A stretch of 32,000 nt of DNA, taken from NCBI RefSeq assembly GCF_037902255.1, contig NZ_CP147990.1, positions 2,160,001 to 2,192,000 of the forward strand. The letters run 5' to 3'. Within the stretch, counting starts at the first letter, position 1; every line of letters starts with the position of its first letter. The notes under the pieces were generated by a model, which worked only from the letters and a program-made list of their open reading frames with translations, ran no database searches and had not been told where the DNA came from. The translations under genes and the position numbers were made by a program. Below are positions 16,324 to 23,548 of this stretch, piece by piece. This DNA comes from Candidatus Electrothrix sp. GW3-4 (GTDB taxonomy: Bacteria > Desulfobacterota > Desulfobulbia > Desulfobulbales > Desulfobulbaceae).

Positions 16324-16851
16324 TTATTTCAAGCGGCTATCTATAAAAATTTTTCTATAATCATGGAAGAGATTTCTTATGCTCTCCTCAGAACCCGGCA
16401 GGCTCAGGACCATAGGATCAATGGTTAACTCAGTAAAACCATAGCGAGCATAAAAATTTTTCACCTGATCATTCAAGGCATGAGCTACAAGAGCCTGGAC
16501 CTCAATTTTTCGAGTAACATATAAAGAACGAGCAACAGCGTCTTTCAGAAGTCCAAACCCAATCCCCAGCCCTTGTCGCTCGATATCTACCGCTAAGCGA
16601 GCCAAAACAATGACGGGAATAGCCTCATATTTTTTAGAACTTCGCGTACAACAGGTAACACTGCCGGTGGAAAAAGAATAAAAGGCGATGACCTTCTGAC
16701 GTTGACAAACAACATAGGTTCGGGAGACTCCAGATACCTCATTGCGCAAGGCCTGCTTGCAAAGCCAGTCATTCAATGATGGAACACCGCAATCAAAATA
16801 CACCGTATCGTGTGAGGAAGTCAACGGCTCCGGTGCTGTTATTCGTCCCAC
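16324..16851 (-). CDS. GNAT-family acetyltransferase toxin (TacT/AtaT-like) of a DUF1778/GNAT type II TA pair
   Basis: 175 aa. FDCGVPSLNDWL...RTYVV...VIAFYSFSTGSV...LARLAVDIERQGLGIGFGLL...FYARYGF. The gene overlaps the antitoxin stop by 13 nt. Confidence 0.8.
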   Translation of the reverse strand: MGRITAPEPLTSSHDTVYFDCGVPSLNDWLCKQALRNEVSGVSRTYVVCQRQKVIAFYSFSTGSVTCCTRSSKKYEAIPVIVLARLAVDIERQGLGIGFGLLKDAVARSLYVTRKIEVQALVAHALNDQVKNFYARYGFTELTIDPMVLSLPGSEESIRNLFHDYRKIFIDSRLK

Positions 16852-17117
16852 GGCGTTTTTCCTTCAAGCAATTGCAGAATATGCTTATTATCAGAAAATC
16901 GCTCTTGCAGGGCCGTTTCAAACTCGGCGAATTGTTTCTCATCAAGGATAAAAAGGCGCTGATCAAGCAGTACATTCTCCGCTTCACTGCACGATGCTTC
17001 GAGGATAAAATCCGTCCTGTTCTTATTGAGCAGTGCGGCGGCTCGGTCAATAAGTTCACGTTGACTCTGCTGAGCACGTATATTAATTGAGGTATCTCTT
17101 GTCGTTGCCTGTGTCAT
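16839..17117 (-). CDS. DUF1778 (TacA-like, RHH) antitoxin
   Basis: INIRAQQSQRELIDRAAALLNKNRTDFILEASCSEAENVLLDQRLF. Start ATG 17117 follows a GAGGGGGG SD-like run; the track start is 17135. Confidence 0.8.
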   Translation of the reverse strand: MTQATTRDTSINIRAQQSQRELIDRAAALLNKNRTDFILEASCSEAENVLLDQRLFILDEKQFAEFETALQERFSDNKHILQLLEGKTPWDE

Positions 17118-17135
17118 AAATAACCCCCCCCTCAC

Positions 17136-17154
17136 TGTATATGCATTATATACA
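17136..17154. promoter_or_regulatory. 7-5-7 palindrome immediately upstream of the antitoxin RBS (candidate TA operator)
   Basis: TGTATAT-gcatt-ATATACA. Confidence 0.4.
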
Positions 17155-17240
17155 CAGTTAACTTCCTGACCGTCAAGGGTAAAAATTCACCAGAAAGCCA
17201 ACGTATGCATACAGGTTTATATTTTTTTCTTGACGCTTTT

Positions 17241-17268
17241 TTGTTACTATAGTTAACTAACATATAAT
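17241..17268 (+). promoter_or_regulatory. candidate sigma70-type promoter for the 17336 cassette
   Basis: -35 TTGTTA (17241-17246), a 16-nt spacer, and a perfect -10 TATAAT (17263-17268), lying 68 nt upstream of the ATG. Confidence 0.4.
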
Positions 17269-17271
17269 AGG

Positions 17272-17286
17272 TTTAGTAATACTAAA
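17272..17286. promoter_or_regulatory. 15-bp palindrome just downstream of the candidate -10 (operator-like)
   Basis: TTTAGTA-a-TACTAAA. Confidence 0.35.
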
Positions 17287-17335
17287 TAGATCGACAGGTC
17301 ATACTGATACGTATAAAAAAGGAAGTGGTAACCGT

Positions 17336-18181
17336 ATGCTGACATCCACAAAAAATACAATTATCTTATGCATGATTCTCTTATCCTGCGTAGTTTTTAG
17401 CACATTAGCAGTTGGACAGGACAAAGCAGGATGGTTAAATGATACAGTGACTGTTCGTTTTCAAGAGGAGCCGATGAGCGCCGTACTGGGAAAAATCTCT
17501 CAGCAAACGGGAATAGCAATTCTGTATGATGAAAAATTGGCAGATCAGAAGGTTACTGGTCACTACAAGGATATAAAATTCTCAGAAGCGATTAACAGAT
17601 TATTTAGTGATAAGAATAAAAGTATTCAGGTCTTCAAGAATGAGAAAAAAATAATAGTCAAAACATTTGGGGCTAAGCAGTTTATTTTGGCAGGAGATAC
17701 GCCCATGTCAACAAAGGAACACCTCCACGTTGACAATTTATCTTTAGATGAAATTCGTACGTTACAAGTTAGTCAATATAATGAATTCAGAAATCAAATA
17801 TCAGATGAAAACGAAATCATCGCAAAAGACATGACCCGGTCACAGTTAAAAGCTTTCATTAAAAATCAGAATAAACAATTTAAGGATAGCTTAAAAAATG
17901 AAAACGAAGTAGTTACAAAAAATAAAACAAGAGCACAGTTGAGAATGTTTGTATCTAAACAAAATAAAGCATTTGAGAATAGTCTTCTTAACGACGAAGA
18001 ACAAATAGGAGAAAATGGTGAAACTAGGCTCCAGTTACGTGAGTTCATTCAAGATCAGGATCTAAAATTCAATAATACCCTCACTGAGGGTGAACAATTG
18101 GTAGTTGACGGTAAAACAAGAAATGAGTTGAAACAATTTATCCAAGCAGAACAAAGCAAAATGAGTTCAACAGATAATTAA
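17336..18181 (+). CDS. secreted hypothetical protein: signal peptide + STN-like (secretin/TonB short N-terminal) domain + five tandem ~31-aa helical repeats
   Basis: AGGAAG lies upstream of the ATG and the N-terminus is a hydrophobic signal. aa 37-110 (VTVRFQEEPMSAVLGKISQQTGIAILYDEKL...SEAINRLF...) fit the STN pattern. Repeats occupy aa 136-281. The gene is AT-rich. Confidence 0.6.
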   Translation: MLTSTKNTIILCMILLSCVVFSTLAVGQDKAGWLNDTVTVRFQEEPMSAVLGKISQQTGIAILYDEKLADQKVTGHYKDIKFSEAINRLFSDKNKSIQVFKNEKKIIVKTFGAKQFILAGDTPMSTKEHLHVDNLSLDEIRTLQVSQYNEFRNQISDENEIIAKDMTRSQLKAFIKNQNKQFKDSLKNENEVVTKNKTRAQLRMFVSKQNKAFENSLLNDEEQIGENGETRLQLREFIQDQDLKFNNTLTEGEQLVVDGKTRNELKQFIQAEQSKMSSTDN

Positions 18182-18241
18182 TTTCAATTATTGCAACAAG
18201 TTAACAGGGAAAACAAAATCTAATAACACTAGGAGGCTACA

Positions 18242-18580
18242 ATGAAAAAATTAGTAATGAGTATGATAATGATTACACTAGCACTGCTCAGTACATCAGC
18301 ATATGCAGTGAAATGTGACGGTGTGACTATTGATAAAGTAGGAGTTTATCCATTTTTACCAGACACAGTAAGCTATACTATTGATGTGACATGTCCTGAC
18401 ACTGCTGGTGGTGATTGGGTAGGCTCCCGAACTTTTTCTATAGCGAAAGATGCGATGGCTGATGGATATTATGCCACAGCGTTAACTCTAATAAGCTCAG
18501 GTAAAGACGCATTTATAAATACGACATGCGCAGCTAATTACTGTGTAGTTAAGGTGTTAGCTGTGAAATCTACACCCTGA
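18242..18580 (+). CDS. small secreted hypothetical protein (112 aa; signal peptide ...STSAYA|VK; Cys25, Cys51, Cys96, Cys101)
   Basis: A strong SD AGGAGG lies 6 nt upstream and the signal peptide is canonical. No family was recognised. Confidence 0.55.
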   Translation: MKKLVMSMIMITLALLSTSAYAVKCDGVTIDKVGVYPFLPDTVSYTIDVTCPDTAGGDWVGSRTFSIAKDAMADGYYATALTLISSGKDAFINTTCAANYCVVKVLAVKSTP

Positions 18581-18614
18581 GAGATTCGATTAATAAGGTG
18601 TAGTAGGTTAGGCT

Positions 18615-18657
18615 TGATCTGACAGTTGCCGATTTCCAGGAGGTGTCTGTCAGATCA
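18615..18657 (+). terminator. 11-bp-stem hairpin after the cassette (possible terminator)
   Basis: TGATCTGACAG-(21 nt)-CTGTCAGATCA, with a T6 run only about 17 nt downstream. The large loop makes this atypical. Confidence 0.25.
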
Positions 18658-18720
18658 GATTCAGGCTACATTTTTTCTTTCCAGAGACCCTTTCCATTTT
18701 CCATCTTCAAGAGTTTCTGA

Positions 18721-19785
18721 TTATAACGGATTAAGGGGAGGGGGCCGAAACTCGTTTAATGACGCTGAAATCAGAAGATTTTGCAACCAATTTTCATGAC
18801 AAGAAAATCCATTGAGCCTTTCCGCTGGACTTTTTTTTCCGCAATATTTTTTTACTGTTGCCGGATTCGACGGAGCGAAATTATTTATAAGGGCCCATCC
18901 GCGAATATTAAGCTCTGCCGAAACATATTTCCCGTGGAAATACTGAATACTCAAAAGATGGCGGTCCATCCTCTGCATTAATCTATCTATCATATTGCTT
19001 GTTCGATGTGCTCCGACATGATCATAATAAGAAGAATAGAATTTGATATTCTTTTTCAGCTTTTTAATCGGATTCAATATCACATCAGGCAATGACTCTT
19101 TTATTCCCCACTCGACAAGTCTTCTGGTCCTTTGTCCGAAAGATCTTTTGTCCAAGGCGTCGTAACAGTTCTATAACTTTGTCGCTGTTTCTATAAAATT
19201 GTCTTTATATTTTTTCTTTGACCTGTCTCTGATCTTGATATAAATGTGGAGAAAACAACAAATTATTACAACTGAAGAAAAAAGAATTTTCCAGGCATTA
19301 TTGGTTGCTGGCCAGCCGTCGAGATTGACTGTTTCAGGCCCGTATCCCGGTTTGACACGTTGCGCTTCTTCTTTAAATATGCCATATGCATTTGTTAATG
19401 CGGTTTCACCGGCATTTACTGTAATGGACGCTCCTAGAATACAATCATATGCCACAGTAGTGGCAATATAGCACTTATTTCCGAGAATACGGGTGTGTTT
19501 TTCATCCGCAGCGATATGCTCAGGCAGGAGTTCCGCTCGTTTAATTGTTGTTCCGACAATAGAATTTCTGCCGATATGATTTTCCAGGCGATACCAATAC
19601 ATGGGATTTCGGCCGAAAACATGAGCAAGAGCCCAGAAAGGAACGTCAAATTTCCGGAAAAACAAGGCGTCCATGACATCATCTGTAAATCCAGTCATGT
19701 ACGGCATAACAAAGGATGGCCTGATCGTATAACTGATGCCGTTGACTTTTATTCTGCGAATAAAAATCGAGAGCTTTTTTGGCAT
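18721..19785 (-). pseudogene. ISKra4-like DDE transposase, central and C-terminal part, with one in-frame TAG (19171-19173)
   Basis: ORFs 19171..19785 and 18721..19155 are in the same frame and separated by a single TAG. Motifs: YTIRPSFVMPYM, ADEKHTRILG, NLDGWPATNNAWK..CFLH, HRTSNMIDRLMQRMDR, SPAERLNG. The family name is recalled from memory. Confidence 0.7.
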
Positions 19786-21639
19786 GCTTCATATCCACCC
19801 AAAAGTAGTTGACACTTTTTTTTAATACAATGCGGCGAAGACGCACCAATACATATCACCGCTGTCACTTTCTCAGAGTTGATTAACGGCTTCTTAACTG
19901 AAGATCAGGAACCGTTGATGTATAATTTCAGGCCGCTGCCGAGAAAAATAGAGGGTCTTTTTCCTCAATCAGGTCAAATAGCAGCTCAGTCCAGTCTTTT
20001 TCCTGCTTTTTACCCGTCAAAATCTCCATCGGTGTTTTCTTGACTCGTTTTCCCGCACGGTATCGCCTGTTATTATGATAAAATGCGATCAGATTCAAGG
20101 TGTTCTGGTTCACCTGTCCCCGTGAGGTATTCAGATACGGACGAATGACGGAGTTGATACATTCGACCATGGCCGAACTCTGTACAATTGTGTCCAACTC
20201 GTTGTATACACGATCTTTGATAATTTCAAAATCTTCCTGAAGATACCCTACGGCGAATTCAAGATGCCTCTGTTCTCTGTCCGCGCATCTCTTACGGCGA
20301 TCCGCCTTTTTTGCTTTGATCACTGCTTTATGATGCTGCCATGCCGAACAGAGCGACGACAGCGCGTTATGATTGATCGGCAATTTTTCGAGTTCTTCCC
20401 TGACCTCGAGGGCTACAACGAAATAATTCAGAAGATTCGGCAGGATATTTTTTATTCCGTCGATTGCTTTGTTGATTTTTTCATTGCCGAGAGTTTCAAT
20501 CATCTCAAGAGCTGCCTGAATGTTGCCTTCCGCCTGCTGACGATTCCGCAGTTGGCCGTCGCAGCAGAACGGGTTCAATTCATTGATAATACATCGGTAT
20601 AGATAAAAAAAGTTATCATACAGCGCCACGGCCTTCCGCGCTTCGCTGCGTGCTTTTTCATAGAGTTCGGTTCGTTTGCGGATAACCGCCTTCGTTCGTG
20701 CAGAAGCAATTTTTCCTTCGCGGTTATACTCCTCCGTAATAGCTTTATAAGCCGATTTTTCTAGTTGTTCCAACCGACTTCCGAGACGATATGCAACAGC
20801 GTGAAAAGTGTCTGGCTGCCTCATGATGACACCTGAAAAAAGTTCATCGTGAGCCGCGCACAGCCCGGATCCTTCATCGGTGACGAGATAAATCGCCTCA
20901 ATTCCATTATTTTCAAGGCAGATCCAATGCTTTTTCCATTCTTCAGCACGTCGTTTTTCGGCGAGTTCTATCTTTAAAATCGCGGAGCTGATCGGATCGA
21001 CAGTGATTAGAATAGGTACACCGCCGGAAAATATTTCATCGCTCAGAAAGACAACCCGCAAATCATTGTCTTCAAGCCTCAGCTCAGGGGGAACAAGCGA
21101 GCCTATATGATTTAAATATGTGCTAACAGTACCTTGAGATGAGAAGCGTAGGCCGATGCGGTTCATTATCGCCACAATAGATCCGATACCGCATTTCCCC
21201 TCAAGTCGTAATGAAGCTATCATTTCAACAGCTTCTCTTTTGTTTTCAGTATCGGCAGGTTGAACGGGCGGCCCGAGCGCAAGTTCAACAATTTCCTCGA
21301 AAACCGCCAAGGTGTCATAGATAAACGTCCTGGAAACATTGTAATATTTCGATAATGCGGTTACCGTGCCCCATAGACCGAAAATTTTAGCGCAATACGC
21401 TTCATAAACGATTTGTAGTCGATCGAAAGTTGCTAACTCAGGGCGACGAAGAAATTTATTTCCGAAAATATTGCTCGCGTTATCGGGGACGGGCACTTGA
21501 GGTACGAGAGAAAACATAAGGCGATCTTGGTTCAATTTGGCTGAGGAGTATTTGCCGTTATAATAGCTGAACCAAGCAGCTTGTCGCAACTTTATGAATA
21601 ACTTTCTGTACAAGTGTCAACCCGGATATGAAGGATGCC
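19781..21639 (-). mobile_element. 1859-bp IS inserted inside the ISKra4-like transposase gene; 16-bp terminal IRs (15/16) and 8-bp target duplication GCTTTTTT
   Basis: GGCATGCTTCATATCC (19781-19796) pairs with GGATATGAAGGATGCC (21624-21639). The direct repeat GCTTTTTT is at 19773-19780 and 21640-21647. Removing the element restores ...NYSKKLSIFIRRIKV... in frame. The 8-bp A/T-rich TSD and GGC termini are ISL3-like (tentative). Confidence 0.85.
19928..21613 (-). CDS. DDE-type transposase of the inner IS (561 aa from TTG 21613; alternative ATG 21517)
   Basis: HTH-like ALSKYYNVSRTFIYD. Candidate catalytic regions are FLSDEIFSGGVPILITVD, YLVTDEGSGL..., RQPDTFHAV and SSAMVECINSVIRPYL...FYHNNRRYRAGKRVKKTPMEILTG. 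The gene appears intact. Confidence 0.7.
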   Translation of the reverse strand: MYRKLFIKLRQAAWFSYYNGKYSSAKLNQDRLMFSLVPQVPVPDNASNIFGNKFLRRPELATFDRLQIVYEAYCAKIFGLWGTVTALSKYYNVSRTFIYDTLAVFEEIVELALGPPVQPADTENKREAVEMIASLRLEGKCGIGSIVAIMNRIGLRFSSQGTVSTYLNHIGSLVPPELRLEDNDLRVVFLSDEIFSGGVPILITVDPISSAILKIELAEKRRAEEWKKHWICLENNGIEAIYLVTDEGSGLCAAHDELFSGVIMRQPDTFHAVAYRLGSRLEQLEKSAYKAITEEYNREGKIASARTKAVIRKRTELYEKARSEARKAVALYDNFFYLYRCIINELNPFCCDGQLRNRQQAEGNIQAALEMIETLGNEKINKAIDGIKNILPNLLNYFVVALEVREELEKLPINHNALSSLCSAWQHHKAVIKAKKADRRKRCADREQRHLEFAVGYLQEDFEIIKDRVYNELDTIVQSSAMVECINSVIRPYLNTSRGQVNQNTLNLIAFYHNNRRYRAGKRVKKTPMEILTGKKQEKDWTELLFDLIEEKDPLFFSAAA

Positions 21640-21829
21640 GCTTTTTTGAGTAGTTCATATCTTTCATCAAGTAGCCCTTGCTTATATCCGATGGAAATAA
21701 TTCAGGATGCTTGTTTATTATCCGATCAATATATACACGAAAATCAACATCACTTTTAACGATCTCCGAATAAGCTGTTTTGTGAAAAGGCACACAGATT
21801 GTACGGTTTTTTCGAGGAGGTAACGTCAT
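21617..21829 (-). pseudogene. N-terminal 63 codons of the ISKra4-like transposase, cut off by the inner IS
   Basis: MTLPPRKNRTICVPF...KHPELFPSDISKGYLMKDMNYSKK, then 7 codons read from the inner IS end before a stop. Confidence 0.7.
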
Positions 21830-21946
21830 TTTTTGTATCCGTCAAGCTGGAATCATAGTTAAATAAATTTCATTAAACTATTTCCACAATATTCAACGGT
21901 TGTATACTATAAAATGCCTGCTCCCCTTAATCCGTTATAATCAGAA

Positions 21947-23537
21947 GAACTGGACAAAAAAGAGGATCACGATAGTTTAACGGTCACAACGTTTTTTACG
22001 AGATCTATCCACGTTCTGAGTTCGCATGCATCTATCCAGAGAAGAGTTGCTAAAAATAGATAAGCAGTTTATTGACTCCTTGCCCGGTAAGAGTGCAAAG
22101 GAGCTGTGCCTGCTCGCACTTGATGACCTCAAAGAACTTCACGAACGGCTGGGTCAAAATTCCGAAAACAGCTCCATGCCTCCCAGCTCAAATTTCCCCT
22201 GGGCCCGGTTCGATCCCGACGGTCAAGCCGACGAGGAGGAACCGGATGAAGAGCAAGTCGAAGCCACGCACATAGAACTCGACGATTCTGACGAGGAGTC
22301 CGTCGAGCATGATGAAGATGCGGACAAGTCCGACCAGCAGGATTCCCCCAAAAATATTGATGATCGCCCCAAGGGCAACAAACCCGGCAAGCAACCCGGT
22401 GCCACCGGGCATGGTCGAACGCAAAAACTTCCCGTACACGACACCATCATTCACAAAGCAGGCACCTGCTCGGCTTGTAACCTTGAGCTGGACGAAACAT
22501 GCGACTTCACCGCTCGCACCGGTCATTATGTCGTTGATATTGAGGTGGGCGATGCCACCGGTCCGGGAATAGAGGTGATCAACACCAAGCATATCTACGG
22601 AGACACGACGTGCGGCGGCTGTGGTCATGTCAATCGGCTTATGCCCCATCGTCTCGAAAAAAACGAAGACTGGGGGGTTGAAATAAGCCAATGGCACATG
22701 GTCGGCCCAAAATTGACCGCTCTGATCGTGTGCCTCTCCAAGCGCATGCGCCTTTCTCGCCGCCGCATCCGGGAATTCCTGCAGGATTGGCTGCGATTGA
22801 ATTTGAGCATCGGCACGATCAATCAATGTATTCATGAAGCTGGCCGCGCCGTTTCTCCCCTTAGCGATGAGTTTCTTGAGGAGGTGCGTGAATCACTGAT
22901 CCTGTTCGTGGATGAGACATCCTGGAAGGAGTGGGGCAAGAAACAGTGGTTATGGGTCTTTACCTCGCTGAAAGTCACCTTTTACATCATTGGCCTTCGC
23001 AGCCAAAAAGTACTTGATTATGTGCTCGGCCAAACCTTTAAGGGGGTGCTGATGACCGACGGCTACAAGGCCTATCGTAAGTTCCTCAACAGGCTCCGCT
23101 GCTGGGCGCATTTACTGCGCAAGACAAAAGGTTTGAAACAGAGCCTGAGCGATGATCCCCGCACATTCGGCACTGAGGCCTACGAGGTGCTCACCGAGTT
23201 GATGGATGTAATTTACAAGGCTCGCGAGGGACCACCCACGGACCTTTTGCCAGTATACAGAGAATTCCTGGGCGAATTTAAGCAGTGCTGCATGAAATAT
23301 CGGGATTCAACGCATAAAAAAACACGCGAGCTGGCCAGAGAATTTCTCAACGACTGGGACACTATTTTTCATGTGTTGTCGAATCCGACGTGGCCCCTGA
23401 CCAATAATGAGGCGGAGCAAGCGCTACGTCATTGGGTTATTGCGCGCAAATTAAGCCACGGTACCCGTAATTTTCGAGAGCTGCTGACCATTAAATTTGA
23501 ATCCGTTCATAATCAAAGTATTAGCGGGTGAGGACCC
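21947..23537 (+). mobile_element. IS66-like element, copy A (left terminus missing about 32 bp, displaced by the ISKra4-like IS; right boundary uncertain, 23475-23540)
   Basis: It carries the 501-aa IS66-family ORF. Its first 79 bp are 100% identical to the region upstream of copy B, which extends about 32 bp further. Confidence 0.6.
22026..23531 (+). CDS. IS66-family transposase (single-ORF type), copy A
   Basis: KPGKQPGATGHGRTQ, Zn-finger-like CSACNLEL...CGGCGH, FVDETSWKE...WLWVF, LMTDGYKAY, LRCWAHLLRK and LTNNEAEQALRHWVIARKLSHGT. The ORF ends only 16 codons after the RK motif, so the C-terminus may be truncated. Confidence 0.75.
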   Translation: MHLSREELLKIDKQFIDSLPGKSAKELCLLALDDLKELHERLGQNSENSSMPPSSNFPWARFDPDGQADEEEPDEEQVEATHIELDDSDEESVEHDEDADKSDQQDSPKNIDDRPKGNKPGKQPGATGHGRTQKLPVHDTIIHKAGTCSACNLELDETCDFTARTGHYVVDIEVGDATGPGIEVINTKHIYGDTTCGGCGHVNRLMPHRLEKNEDWGVEISQWHMVGPKLTALIVCLSKRMRLSRRRIREFLQDWLRLNLSIGTINQCIHEAGRAVSPLSDEFLEEVRESLILFVDETSWKEWGKKQWLWVFTSLKVTFYIIGLRSQKVLDYVLGQTFKGVLMTDGYKAYRKFLNRLRCWAHLLRKTKGLKQSLSDDPRTFGTEAYEVLTELMDVIYKAREGPPTDLLPVYREFLGEFKQCCMKYRDSTHKKTRELAREFLNDWDTIFHVLSNPTWPLTNNEAEQALRHWVIARKLSHGTRNFRELLTIKFESVHNQSISG

Positions 23538-23548
23538 AATATTTATAA

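Larger units (their letters stand above)
18715..21946 (-). mobile_element. ISKra4-like insertion sequence (about 1365 bp originally) bounded by perfect 26-bp terminal inverted repeats, now interrupted by a second IS
   Basis: TTCTGATTATAACGGATTAAGGGGAG at 18715-18740 is the exact reverse complement of 21921-21946. Transposase fragments lie inside. No flanking direct repeat is present. Confidence 0.8.

Noticed and set aside
18670-18714. Left flank of the ISKra4-like IS as the missing ~32-bp terminus of IS66-like copy A
   Set aside because: Alignment to the copy B terminus (GTAACCGTTCACCCCCCTCATTCCACACAAAAAA) reaches only about 60% and needs gaps, so there is no convincing homology. The flank is treated as unrelated, implying rearrangement.
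19171-19173. The in-frame TAG as a possible pyrrolysine or programmed readthrough codon
   Set aside because: The gene is already split by another IS and there is no Pyl machinery in the window. A simple nonsense mutation in a decaying transposase is the economical explanation.
22188-22835. 215-aa minus-strand ORF, with a mirror-image ORF in copy B (25867..26170)
   Set aside because: They are antisense to the IS66-type transposase sequence. They appear in both copies only because the DNA is repeated.
23519-23537. CGGGTGAGGACCC at the end of IS66-like copy A as a possible degenerate copy of the MITE right terminus (TCGGATGCACCC)
   Set aside because: The match is about 10 of 13 positions and needs a 2-nt gap. 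It could equally be the true right end of the IS66-like element. Not supportable by eye.
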